Part shown: piece by piece, positions 1 through 12,154 of the stretch
Position numbering within the stretch: position 1 is the stretch's first letter
Layout of the letters: every line of letters starts with the position of its first letter
Assembly: GCA_030390025.1 (NCBI GenBank)
Contig: JASTWF010000036.1
Location: 372,001-436,000 of the forward strand
DNA: 64,000 nucleotides
Direction of reading: 5' to 3'
From: Squalus acanthias
Lineage: Eukaryota
Position numbers and translations under genes: made by a program
The notes under the pieces: model-generated
What the model was told of the DNA's origin: nothing
Seen by the model: the letters and a program-made list of their open reading frames with translations, nothing else
Databases searched by the model: none

Positions 1-557
1 TTTCGTGCTTACTCGCTGTGATCCAGAGAAGGAAGGAGGTTAACTGCTAACATTGTCTACATCATTGACAGCTAACATTGTCTACATCGTCAATTCCATT
101 CAAATTGCTTCGGCAAATTTATAAATGGTGACTCCCTGCGTAAACTGGTCACGCTGTAATTACAGCCCTCCCAACAGTGGTGGCGCAGTGGCGCCTCAGT
201 TTGGCAGCTCCCAGCTCCTCACGGGAAATCTCCAACATTGCAGCCAAATTTACTTCTCTGCCTCCTAAACCGCCCTATGTTTTGCTATTCAACTAAAAAA
301 AAAATCAAAGTTAAAGCATTGTATGATCAAAATAACCATGTATGACTTTAAACGTTACCCTGACGAGCCCTGCTCCAATGATTCCCCGTCGACTAACCCC
401 AGTGCAAGGCCACAAGTGATCAACTAATAGATTACAAAAAATCTTGCATAAGGCACACGCGCCTTATGTTCACAAATCTTACTGCCTGTTACCATGGTGT
501 TTGGGCAGCACTGTCAATTGCTATGTCAACATTCTCCATTCAATTTCCTTAGGAGTC

Positions 558-1468
558 AACCTTGGCTCATTGGTAGCACGCTGCCCCCGAGTCAGGAGTT
601 CAAGTCCCACTCCAGAGGCTTAAGCACATAATCTAGGCTGACGCTCCCAGTGCAGTACTGAGGGAGCGGCGGCACAGAGAGAGCGCGGCACTGTCGGAGG
701 GGCGGGGCGGCACAGAGAGAGCGCGGCACTGTCGGAGGGGCGGGGCGGCACAGAGAGAGCGCCGCACTGTCGGAGGGGCGGTACTGAGGGAGCGCCGCAC
801 TGTCGGAGGGGCAGTACTGAGGGAGCGCCGCACTGTCGGAGGGGCGGTACTGAGGGAGCGCCGCACTGTCGGAGGGGCAGTACTGAGGGAGCGCCGCACT
901 GTCGGAGGGGCGGTACTGAGGGAGGGCCGCACTGTCGGAGGGGCAGTACTGAGGGAGCGCCGCACTGTCGGAGGGGCAGTACTGAGGGAGCGCCGCACTG
1001 TCGGAGGGGCGGTACTGAGGGAGCGCCGCACTGTCGGAGGGGCAGTGCTGAGGGAGTGCCGCACTGTCGGAGGGGCGGTACTGAGGGAGCGCCGCACTGT
1101 CGGAGGGGCGGTACTGAGGGAGCGCCGCACTGTCGGAGGGGCGGTACTGAGGGAGCGCCGCACTGTCGGAGGTGCCATCTTTCAGATGAGATGTGAAAGA
1201 TCCCACGGCCACTACTGAAAGTAGAGCCGGGGGGGGGGAGTTCTCCCCGGTGTCCTGACCCAACATTTAACCCTTAACCAACATCACTAAACCAGATGAC
1301 CTGCTCATTCTCACATTGCTGTTTGTGGGAGCTTGCTGTGCGCAAATTGGCTGCCGCGTTTCCTACATTACAAGTGACTACACTTGAAAAAGGACTTCAT
1401 TGGCTGTGAAGCGCTTTGGGACGCCCGGAGGTGGTGAAAGGCGCTGGAGAAATGCGAGTCTTTCTTTC
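558..1468 (+). mobile_element. Deu-domain tRNA-derived SINE (SacSINE1/AmnSINE1-like) with internal 33-bp minisatellite at about 654-1170
   Basis: tRNA-like head (tggctcattggtagc...gagttcaagtcc), Deu-like core (tttcagatgag...aaagatcccacggccact...ccccggtgtcctg), L2-like tail (aagcgctttgggacg...aaaggcgc...aaatgcgagtctttctttc). Confidence 0.8.
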
Positions 1469-1695
1469 ACATGTAGTATCAGGCACCTGGTGGCTGAGAA
1501 GTGAGTTTCTAAAATCTTTCTCCCAACTCTATCGCCACCTTGCACAAATAAAAAAAAACACTTGCATTCATCAACTGATGGTGCCGCAGAAACGGATTTA
1601 CTGGCAATATATTACTGCAACCGCACAAATTAATTTCTGGCAAATTTTCGAAACAGTTGGAGATCAAGTCGGAAATTTTCTATCCGAGAACTGTT

Positions 1696-2655
1696 TAGAT
1701 GAGGGGAACCAAATGTAATATATCCAAGTTTGCTGATGATGCAAAGCTGGGCGGGAATGTAAGTTGTGAGGAGGATGCAAGGAGGCTTCAAGGGGAGATA
1801 GACAGGCTAAGTGAGTGGGCAAGAATATGGCAAATGGAATATAATGTGGAGAAATGTGAAGTTATCCACTTTGGTCAGAAAAATAGAAAAGCAGAGTATT
1901 TATTAAATGGTGCGAGATTGGAAAATGTTGGTGCTCATGGGGACCTGGGTGTCCTTGTACACGAAATCGCTGAAAGTTAACATACAGGTACAGCAAGCAA
2001 CTAGGAAAGCATATGGTATGTTGGCCTTTATTACAAGAGGAATTGAGTATAAGAGTAAAGACGTCTTACTGCCATTATATAGGGCCCTGGTGAGACCACA
2101 CCTCGAGTACTGTGTACAATTTTGGTCTCCTTACCTAAGGAAGGATATACTTGCCATAGAGGGACTGCAACAAAGATTCACCAGACTGGTTCCTGGGTTG
2201 GGGGGACTGTCCTATGAGGAGAGATTGAGTAGACTAGGCCTATATTCTCTGGAGTTCAGAAGAATGAGAGGTGATCTCATTGAAACATACAAAATTCTCA
2301 CAGGGTTTGACAGGGTAGATGCTGAGAGGATGTTCCCCCTGGCTGGAGAGTCTAGAACCAGGGGTCACAGTCTCAGGATAAGGGGTCGGCCATTTAGGAC
2401 TGAGATGAGGAGGAATTTCTTCACTCAGAGGGGGGTGAATCTTTGGAATTCTCTACCCCAGAGGGCTGTGGAGGCTCAGTCGTTGAGTATATTCAAGGCT
2501 GAGATCGATAGATTTTTGGACTCTAGGGGAATCGAGGGATAGGGGGATCGGGCGGGAAAGTGGAGTTGAGGTCGATGATCAGCCATGATCTTACTGAATG
2601 GCGGAGCAGGCTCGAGGGGCCGAATGGTCGACTCCTGCTCCGATTTATGTTCTTA
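1696..2655 (+). mobile_element. CR1 LINE, 5'-truncated (RT C-terminus and 3' UTR)
   Basis: Motifs [29 protein letters not shown] and RRNFFTQR.VNLWNSLP across frameshifts, followed by the CR1 3' tail. Confidence 0.9.
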
Positions 2656-3211
2656 TAACAGACCATGCAACGACTCAACGCCCGATTCACGGATACGAAG
2701 GAGGTATCGCTTTGATATACGATTCACCGGCTGGACCACCTGAATGTAAAACTGTAGGTGCTGCTCTGCATCTACCGCAGCCTTACCAAGCGGGAGCTGC
2801 ACACAAGACCGCAAAGTCCCTTTTAATCTCGAAATTAGGACAAGTATGTGTGATGGGGCTGCAGCGACACCTGCGCTCCCACACACCCTGCCAATCCCTG
2901 CGTTTGCCTGAAGCCCGACACAGTGGAGAGATTAACAACTGGTTGAAATCAAACGCAAGAGCTTTAACAATTATACACTTTCGCTACTTATCTTGGCACA
3001 AATTTCAGGTGCGTAGTCTTAACAGGTAGGTACAAGGCAAATGCCAATCCACAACCTTTCCCTGGATTAAGCACGTCAGGTGCGTTCTTCTTCATTATCC
3101 ACTTGGGCGGCACAATCTCAACAAGTTAAAAATCGGTGTGTTTTCAGTAAGTAACCAAAATCATTGTTGACGATGATAAAGCAAATGTACTTTTCCCTCA
3201 CTAAAGAGACT

Positions 3212-3930
3212 TCAGCACATAATCCCAGGCCGACAGCCCCCGGTGCCAGTACTGAGGGAGCGCCGCACCGTCGGAGGAGCGGGACTGAGGGAGCGCCGCA
3301 CCGTCGGAGGGGCGGGACTGAGGGAGCGCCGCACCGTCGGAGGGGCGGGACTGAGGGAGCGCCGCACCGTCGGAGGGGCGGGACTGAGGGAGCGCCGCAC
3401 CGTCGGAGGGGCGGGACTGAGGGAGCGCCGCACCGTCGGAGGGGCGGTACTGAGGGAGCGCCGCACTGTCGGAGGGGCGGTACTGAGGGAGCGCCGCACC
3501 GTCGGAGGGGCGGTACTGAGGGAGCGCCGCACTGTCGGAGGGGGCGGGACTGAGGGAGTGCCGCACTGTCGGAGGGGCGGTACTGAGGGAGCGCCGCACC
3601 GTCGGGACTGAGGGAGCGCCGCACTGTCGGAGGGGCGCTACTGAGGGAGCGCCGCAGTGTCGGAGGGGCGCTACTGAGGGAGCGCTGCACTGCCTTTCGG
3701 ATGAGAAGTTAAACCGAGGCCTCGTCTACCCTCTAAGGTGGAGGTAAAAGATCCCACGGCCACTATTTCGAAGCAGAGCAGGGGCAAGTTCTCCAGGTGA
3801 ACTGAGGCCAATATGCATCCCTCAACCAATATCGCTAACAAACAGATTATCTGGTCATTATCATTTTGCTGGCTGTGGGAGCCTGCTGTGCGCAAATTGG
3901 CTGCCGCTTTTCCCACATTACAACACTTCA
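3212..3930 (+). mobile_element. Deu-domain SINE, 5'-truncated, with minisatellite at about 3248-3690
   Basis: 33-bp units followed by ctttcggatgagaagttaaaccgagg core. Confidence 0.8.
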
Positions 3931-3954
3931 GAAGACTGTCTTAAAAAAGGAAAG

Positions 3955-4880
3955 GTAGAGATATATTGGCCTTGGAGGGGGTGCAGCATAGATACACCGG
4001 AATGGGGTTAAATTATGAGGACAGGTTGCACAGACTAGGTTTGTGTCCCCTCGAGTGTAGAAGATTAAGGGGTGATCTGATGGCGGTGTTTAAGATGATT
4101 AAAGGATTCGATAGGGTCGATAGAGAGAAACTATTTCCTCTGGTGGTGGTGGTGGGGGGAGTCCAGAACAAGGGGGGGCGTAACCTTAAAATTAGAGCCA
4201 GGCCGTTCAGGGGTGATGTCAGGAAGCACTTCTTCACACAAAGGGTGGTGGAAATCTGGAACTCTCTCTCCCCCAAAAAGCTGTGGATGCTGGGGGGGTC
4301 AATTGATTTTTGTTGGGTAAGGGCATCAAGGGTTACGGAACCAAGGCGGGTGAACGGGAGTTAAGATACAGATCAGCCATGATCTAACTGAATGGCGGAA
4401 CAGGCTCGAAGGGGGCTGAATGTCCTCCTCCTGTTCCTAATATAACAGACTCGAGGGGGCTGAATGGGCTCCTCCTGTTCCTAATATAACAGACTCGAGG
4501 GGCTGAACGGCCTCCTCCTGTTCCTAATAGAACAGACTCGAGGGGGCTGAATGGGCTCCTCCTGTTCCTAATGTTACAGGCTCGAGGGGGCTGAATGGCC
4601 TCCTCCTGTTCCTAATGTAACAGGCTCGAGGGGGCTGAATGGCCTCCTCCTGTTCCTAATAGAACAGACTCGAGGGGGCTGAATGGGCTCCTCCTGTTCC
4701 TAATGTTACAGGCTCGAGGGGGCTGAATGGGCTCCTCCTGTTCCTAATGTTACAGGCTCGAGGGGGCTGAATGGCCTCCTCCTGTTCCTAATGTAACAGG
4801 CTCGAGGGGCTGAATGGCCTCCTCCTGTTCCTAATGTAACAGGCTCGAGGGGGCTGAATGGCCTCCTCCTGCTCCTACAT
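3955..4880 (+). mobile_element. CR1 LINE 3' fragment ending in a tandemly repeated tail
   Basis: ORF 3966-4364 has RRLRGDL..VFKMIKGFDRVD and HFFTQRVVEIWNSL. Confidence 0.85.
4399..4878 (+). repeat. 43-44-bp minisatellite derived from the CR1 3' terminus, about 11 copies
   Basis: Unit aacaggctcgagggg(g)ctgaatggcctcctcctgttcctaatgt. Confidence 0.9.
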
Positions 4881-4894
4881 TTAAAAGTTAGAAT

Positions 4895-5510
4895 CATAGA
4901 TACTTACAGCACAGGAGGAGGCCCTTCTGCCCGTCGTACCTGTGCCGGCTCTTTGAACGAGCAGTCGTGCTCAGTCCCACCCTCCCCGCTTTTTGTCCGT
5001 AACCCTGTCAGTTCCTTGTCCTCCGGTACCCATCCAACTCCCTTTTAAAATTACTGATGGAATCAGCTTCCACCACCTTTTCAGATCGGGCATTCCCGAT
5101 CCCCACAACTCTCGGGAGTGAAAACATTTCTCCTCATCTCCCCTCTAGATCTTCTGCCAATGATTTTCAACCTTTGACCTCTGGTTATTGACCCACTCGC
5201 CAGAGGGGAATAGTTTTTCTCTCTCTCTCTACTCCCATCAAAACCCATCATTTTGAGAACCCTCTATTGGGTCATCTCTTCACCTCCTCTGTTCCGAGGA
5301 GAGCAGTCCCAACTTTTCCAAACCTCTCCTCCTAACTGAAGTCCCCCTCATTCCCTGGTCACATCCTGGTGTAAACCTCCTCTGCACCCTTTCCAAGGCC
5401 CGGACATCCTTCCTGAAGTGTGGAGCCCAGAATTGTCCACAATACTACAGCTGTGAGGCCTAACCAGTGATTGGAAAGGTTCCAGCGTGACCGCTTTGCT
5501 TTTATATTCT
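4895..5510 (-). mobile_element. CR1 LINE 3' fragment
   Basis: Degenerate EYKSK..LE..SLVRP motif on the minus strand and a CR1-type 3' UTR; similar to 40895-41270. Confidence 0.7.
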
Positions 5511-5807
5511 ATTCTACAGTACTTCCTACATGACAACAGTGACTACACATCGGAAGTACCCGATTGGCTGTGAAGCGCTTTGGGACGTCCGGAGGTCGTG
5601 AAAGGCGCTATAGTTCTTGAAGTCTTTTTATTCCTCTGTTTATAAAGCCAAGTCTCCCATATGCTTCTTTAAACCACCTTATCAACGTGTGCTGCCACCT
5701 CTTAAGGTGTTTCTACGGACACCAATTGTCTCTCTGCTCATCGACTCAAAGTCTTGGTACCCGATTAGTTTGATTCGGAGGAGAGCTCCCGCGACAGACG
5801 GCGTCTA

Positions 5808-6690
5808 GAATCATACAAATTTACAGCACAGAAGGAGGCCATTCGGCCCATTGTGTCTGCGCACTGGCCGAATAAGAGCTATCCCGCCTAATCCCCGCTC
5901 TTGGTCCGTAGCCCTGTAGGTTACGGCACTTCAAGTGCATATCCAAGCATTTTTTAAATGCGATGAGGGTTTAAATATATTCAAGAATGAGTTCGATATA
6001 TTTCTTAAGGCTAAAGGTATCAAGGGATATGGGGAGAAGGCAGGTACAGGGTACTGAGTTTGGATGATCAGCCATGATCTCATCGAATGGCGGAGCAGGC
6101 TCAAGGGGCCGAATGGCCTACTCCTGCTCCTATCTTCTATGTTTCTGCCTCTACCACCCTTTCAGGCAGTGAGTTCCAGACCCCCACCACCCTCTGGGTG
6201 AAAAGAGTTCTCCTCAACTCCTCACTAATCCTTCGAATTACTTTAAAACTCTGCCCCCCTGGTTATTGACCCCTCCGCTAAGAGGAAATAGGTCCTTCCT
6301 ATCCACTCTATCTCGGCCCCTCATAATTTTATACACCTCAATTTCCCACATTACAACAGTGGTCCACTTCAAAAAAAGTACTTCATTGGCTGTAAAGCGC
6401 CTGGAGACGTCCGGTGGTCGTGAAAGGCGCTATATAAATGCAAGTCTGTCTGTCTATTAAATCTCCCCCCTCAGCCTCCTCTGTTCCAAAGAAAACAACC
6501 TCAGCCTCTCCAATCTTTCCTCATTCGCTAAAATTCTCTCAGTCCTGGCAAACATCCTGGTAAATCTCCTCTGCACCCTCTCTAGTGCGATCACATCCTT
6601 CCTGTAATGTGGTGACCAGAAGTGCACGCAGTATTCCAGCTGCGGCCTAACTAGTGTTTTATACAGTTCGAGCGTAACCTCCACTGCTCT
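5808..6690 (-). mobile_element. CR1 fragment interrupted by a plus-strand CR1 tail (about 5972-6145) and a SINE tail (about 6341-6456)
   Basis: ORF 6457-6702 has LYKTLVRPQLEYCVHFWSPHYRKD; the host sequence resumes after each insert. Confidence 0.7.
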
Positions 6691-7091
6691 TATAGTCTTC
6701 ACCTCAGACAGACGGCACCCTCAGGCAGTGCAGCCGATTAAAGTGCCTTCGACACTCCTTGCTTGCTTCCGCCGCCACCCCCCCCCCAGCCCCGCCCCAC
6801 CACAAGGCTATTTCTGCAGAGTTTCCTTCAGGAAGCCATTCATCCTCGATTTGCTGTCCAAAGGAAACTCAAAGCTGTATGCAATTCCTTCCGATAGGCT
6901 CCCAAAATTCTCTGTATGGAATGGCTTGCTCCACATGCCCATTGTGTGGCTAAAGTCAGCGAAGATAATGCGGGGAGTACCTAGCTGGTACCGTCAGCAT
7001 CTGAACAAAGACAGCTCAACAACTTAATTGCGGTGTATAAAATTATGGAGGGGCCCAGATAAGAGTGGATAGGAAGGACCTATTTCCCCTT

Positions 7092-7515
7092 GATGCGGAG
7101 ATGCCGGTGTTAGACTGGGGTGGACAAATGAGAGAAGTCGCACAACACCAGGTTATAGTCCAACAGCTTTATTTGAAATCACAAGCTTTCGGAGTTTTTT
7201 GTTTTCCATCCAGACCCCAGCATCTGCCACATTTGACCCCTTGTGACCCCACCTCATTGTCTTTTATGTAATGTTTTCCTGACTGACCTGTTTGGACACC
7301 ATCCACACCTTTGATTGCCGTGATTATCTCTCTGCCGAGGTGTGATAAAGGGCAGTTAGAAAGATTAACTGTAGTCACCTGGCAGTGTTCTCTGACTATA
7401 TATGCCATGCCTATATGCATCTCTTCACTTCACCTGACGAAGGAGCAGCAGCTTCAAAAGCTTGTGATTGCAAATAAAGCTGTTGGACTATAACCTGGTG
7501 TTGTGCGACTTCTCA
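7092..7515 (+). mobile_element. Penelope-like non-autonomous insertion with an inverted terminal segment and 12-bp TSD
   Basis: TSD ctatttcccctt at 7080-7091 and 7516-7527 inside a CR1. About 63-bp inverted repeat 7131-7194 vs 7451-7514. Hammerhead-like motif at 7431-7466. Confidence 0.7.
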
Positions 7516-7565
7516 CTATTTCCCCTTAGCAGAGAGGTCAATAACCAGGGGGCAGAGATTTAAAG

Positions 7566-8160
7566 GCTCTCGAGGCAGTACAAAGAAGGTTCACTCGGTT
7601 AATTCCGGGGATGAGGGGGTGGACATACGAGGAGAGGTTGAGTAGATTGGGACTCGACTCATTGGAGTTCAGAAGAATGAGAGGCGATCTTATTGAAACA
7701 TATAAGATTGTGAAGGGGCTTGATCGGGTGGACGCGGTGAGGATGTTCCCAATGATGGGTGAAACTAGAACTAGGGGACATAATCTTAGAATAAGGGGCT
7801 CCTCTTTCAAAACTGAGATGAGGAGAAACTTTTTCACTCAGAGGGTAGTGGGTCTGTGGAATTTGCTACCCCAGGAAGCTGTGGAAGCTACTTCATTAAA
7901 TAAATTAAAAACAGAAATAGACCGTTTCCTAGAAGTAAAGGGAATCAGGGGTTACGGGGAGCGGGCTGGAAATTGGACATGAGTTTGAGTTCGGATCGGT
8001 CAAGGCCCTGTGGGTGGCGTAGCGGGCCCAGGGGCCTGGTCCTGCTCCTGCTTCTTGTGTTCTTTAGAGTTGAGGTTGGATCAGATCAGCCACGATCTCA
8101 TTGAATGGCGGAGCAGGCTCGAGGGGCCGATTGGTCTACTCCTGCTCCTATTTCTTATGT
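7566..8160 (+). mobile_element. CR1 LINE with an extended, duplicated 3' UTR, nested in another CR1 (about 7030-8420)
   Basis: ORF 7611-7982 is a CR1 ORF2 C-terminus; tail ends in ttcttatgt; the host resumes at aattagtagaagg. Confidence 0.8.
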
Positions 8161-8449
8161 AATTAGTAGAAGGATTAGAGGGGAGTTGAGGAGAACTTTT
8201 TTCACCCAGAGTGTGGTTGGGGTCTGGAACTCACTGCCTGAAAGGGGTGGTAGAGGCAGAGACCCTCGTCACATTTAAAAAGTACTTGGATATGCGCTTG
8301 AAGTGCCATAACCTACAGGGCTACGGAGCAAGAGCGGGATTAGGCTGGGTAGCTCTTTGTCGGCCGGCACAGACACGACGGGCTGAATGGCCTCCTTCTG
8401 TGCCGTAAATGTCTCTGACTTTAGGCATGGGCGGTTCACCATTACCACC

Positions 8450-9050
8450 CAGTTTTGAGTGATGCATGTTGGTCAGAAGAATGAGGACAGGCAATATAAA
8501 CAAAATGGTACAATTTTAAAGGGGGTGCAGGAACAGAGAGACCTGGGGGTTCAAACACACACAAATTTTTGAAGGTGGCAGGACAAGTTGAGAAGACTGC
8601 TTTTGGAAAAAAAAACCCATACGGGATTCCTGGACTTTATATATAGATGCAGAGAGTACAAAAGCAAGGAAGGTATGCTAAACCATTTAGAAAAATCGCT
8701 GGTTAGGCCCCAGCTGGAGCACTGTGTCAAATTCTGGGCACCGCACTTTAGGAAGGATGTCAAGGGCCTTGGAGAGGGTGTAGAGGAGATTGACCAGAAT
8801 GGTACCAGGGGATGAGGGACTTCAGTGACGTGGCGAGACTGGAGAAGCTGGGATTGTTCTCCTTAGAGCAGAGAAGGTTAACAGGATATTTAATAGAGGC
8901 GTTCAAAATTGCGAGGGTTTTGATCGAGTAGAGGGGGAGAAACTGTTTCCAGTGGCAGGAGGGTCGGTAACCAGAGGACACAGATTGAAGATAATCGGGA
9001 AAAGAACCAGAGGTGGAGATGAGGGGAATTTTACTCTTTACGCAGCGAGT
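8450..9050 (+). mobile_element. CR1 LINE fragment, resuming at about 9575-9657
   Basis: EYKSKE..SLVRPQLEHCVKFWAPHFRKD. Confidence 0.75.
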
Positions 9051-9051
9051 T

Positions 9052-9575
9052 TAAACTTGAGGTAATCCAAAATTCGGCTGCCCGTGTCCTAACTCGCACC
9101 AAGTCCCGTTCGCCCATCACCCCCTGTGCTCGCTGACCTACATTGGCTCCCGGTTAAGCAGCGCCTCGATTTCAAAATTCTCAATTCTTGTTTTCAAATC
9201 GCTCCATGGCCTCGCCCCTCCCTATCTCTCTAATCTCCTTCAGCCCCACAACCCCCCCACCCCGAGATAACTGCGCTCCTCTAAATCTGTCCTCCTGAGC
9301 ACCCCCGATTATAATCGCTCCACCACTGGCGGCCGTGCCTTCAGCTGCCTGGGTCCCAAGCTCTGGAATTCCCTCCCTAAACCTCTCCGGCTCTCTCTCT
9401 CTCCTCCTTTAAGACGCTCTGTAAAACCTCCCTCTTTGACCAAGCTTTTGGTCACCTGTCCCAATATCTCCTGATGTGGCTCGCTGTCAAATTTTTGTCT
9501 GATTTACGCTCCTGTGAAGCGCCTTGGGACGTTTTACTACGTTAAAGGCACTGCATAAATGGGAGCTGCTGCTGT
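9052..9575 (+). mobile_element. L2-clade LINE 3' fragment
   Basis: IQNSAARVLTRTKSRSPITP.LADLHWLPVKQR.DFKI, typical of the L2 ORF2 C-terminus; tail gtgaagcgccttgggacgttttactacgttaaaggc. Confidence 0.8.
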
Positions 9576-9656
9576 TGTGATCTGGAACGCGCTGCCTGAA
9601 AGGGCGGTGGAAGCAGATTCAATAGTAACTTTCAAAAGGGAATTGGATAAATACTT

Positions 9657-10465
9657 GGGGGGGAAAATTCAGTTGGTTGCGCCTCCCGTTAGCGCCTTAA
9701 GAGGGCGCTAATGGGGCGCAAAGCATCTAGCGCCCGGGCGCGGCGATGTTTGCGCCGCTCGCGAAATTAACTAGACATCTGCGGCGGCGCTAAACACTAC
9801 CGCCACGATTTCCTGCGCCGGCAGATCATGACGTCACTCGAGTGCGCAACGCCCCGGAGCGGATATTGAGTGGCGCCCCCTGCCTTACCGCCTGCCGCTA
9901 GCGACGACAGGTTGAGGGGAGCGTTCTGCAGTCATGAAGGGAAAGGGGGAGCGCTATTTAATTGTTGGTGCCATTTTTGAACTACGCATTCTGAGAGAGA
10001 GAGAGAGGGAGAGACTTCTGGAGAGATTCAACGTTGTGTGAAGGAGTTTTGGGTACTGAGCAGCACTTTGCAGGTTCATTTTGATTTGCCATTCCTTGTA
10101 TCGATTTGGAAGAGACTGTAGGGGCTGCACTCAGAGCTCTTTGCCTGGTACTCTCCATTGTTCTTTCAAGCAGATTTGATGTGCAGGTCTCTCCAGGCCG
10201 AGATTCAAGGCTGCAATGAGCAGGATGTGGATGGAAAGCAAGATTAACCATCCCCTTTAAGAACTGGCCCGTGCCATTGTGTGTGTGTTCCATTGCTGAC
10301 CGACATCACATGAGCTTCGCCAGTGCTCTGAGGTAGCGCCTCGCTCCTCGGCCTTTGCGCCTTAAGACAGGTTTGCAGTCGGTGGCGATAATTAGCGCCA
10401 GGCGCTAATCTTTGCGCCCGGCCGATAATTGCGCCCCAAATGGGGCAATACTGAATTTCTCCCCC
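9657..10465. mobile_element. Non-autonomous TIR DNA transposon (MITE-like, possibly PIF/Harbinger), copy 1
   Basis: Imperfect TIR ggggggaaaattcagt...actgaatttctccccc; a near-identical copy lies at 35507-36376. Confidence 0.7.
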
Positions 10466-10928
10466 TTAGTGTCATAGAACGATACAGCACAGAGGGCCAT
10501 CGTGCCGGCTCTTTGAACGAGCTCTCCAATTAGTCCCACTGCCCCCTGATCTTTCCCCGTAGCCCTGTGAATTTTTCCCCTTCAAGTATTTATCCAATTC
10601 CCCTTTTGAAAGTTACTACTGAATCTGCTCCCACCGCCCTTTCAGGCAGCGAGTTCCAGATCACAACAACTCGCCGCGTAAAAATAAGCTCCCTTATGTC
10701 GCTTCTTGAAGGGGAAAGATTCGCAGGGTTACGGGGAGAGCGGGACTAATTGGAGAGCTCTTTCAAAGAGCCGGCACAGGCACGATGGGCTGAATGGTCG
10801 CCTTCTTCTGTGCTTAAGAGATTCTATCGAAGCGCCTCCGACCCTACTCCCACCCCCAGCATCTGGGTCGAGGATGCCAAGCTACTTGACAGGCTTTGTA
10901 AAGCTCGTGTCGTTATGGGCTCAGCCTT

Positions 10929-11735
10929 ACATAGAAACATAGAAAATAGGTGCAGGAGTAGACCATTCGGTCCTTTGAGCCTGCACCGCCATTCAATGCG
11001 TTCATGGCTGAACATGCTACCTCAGTACCCCATTCCTGCTTTCTCGCCATACCCCTTGATCCCCCTAGTTGTGAGTATTATATCTAACTCCCTTTTGAAT
11101 ATATTTAGCGAACTGGCCTCAACAACCTTCTGTGGTAGAGAATTCCACAGATTCACCACTCTCTGGGTGAAGAAGTTCCTCCTCAGCTCAGTCCTAAATG
11201 GCTTCCCCTTTATCCTTAGACTGTGACCCCTGGTTTTAGTTTTCCCTAACACTGGAAACATTCTGCCCGCATCTAATTTGTCTAAACCAGTCAGGATTTT
11301 AAACGTCTCTATAAGATCCCCCCTCATTCTTCTGAACTCCAGAGGATACAAGTTCAGTTGATCCAGTCTTTCTTGATATGTCAGTCTGGACATCCCAGGA
11401 ATCAATCTAGTAAACCTTCGTTGCACTCCCTCAATAGCAAGAATGTCCTTCCTCAAGTTAGGAGACCAAAACTGCACACAATACTCCAGGTGTGGCCTCA
11501 CCAAGGCCCTGTACAACTGTAGCATCACCTCCCTACTCCTGTACTCAAATCCCCTTGCTATGAAGGCCATCATGCCATTGCTTTCTTGACTGCCTGCTGC
11601 ACTTGCCTTCCCACCTTCAGTGACTGATGTACCATGACGCCTAGGTCTCGTTGCACCTCCCCTTTCCCTAATCTGCCACCATTCAGGTAATAGTCTGCCA
11701 CCCTATTTTTACCACCAAAGTGGATAACCTCACAT
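10929..11735 (-). mobile_element. CR1 LINE, 5'-truncated
   Basis: ORF 11022-11573 has [19 protein letters not shown]...RRNFFTQRVVNLWNSLP; tail tttctatgtttctatg. Confidence 0.9.
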
Positions 11736-12154
11736 TTACTTTTTAGCGCGACGGGAATACGGTAAAGCAAATTGGCGGAGGTTGAGATAAATAAAAAACC
11801 CACACATTTTCCAGAAACTGCAGTTACCGCTGCTCCAAGCATTCTCTCAGGAATGCGGCCAATGTTCACAAATGGGATACATATTTTCCAGCAATACAAC
11901 TCCCTTCAATACTCCAGACATGTGCAGTCCCAGCAAGAAGTAGCTGATCTGGGATCAAGTACTGCAAATCTTCAAATAGAATAGATTTCCCCCCCAACCC
12001 CCGCAACGAAATAATCCCCCAATATAGGATTACATAAGATAGACGGCACAGAAACAGGCCATTCGGCCCAACCAGTCCGTGCCGGCGTTTATGCTCCACT
12101 TGAGCCTCCTCCAGTCTTTCCTCAACTCAATCGATCAGTGACTTAACAGTTTGA

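Noticed and set aside
9982..10293. ORF duplicated at 35788-36150
   Set aside because: Shared only because both lie in copies of the same non-autonomous transposon; no transposase motifs.
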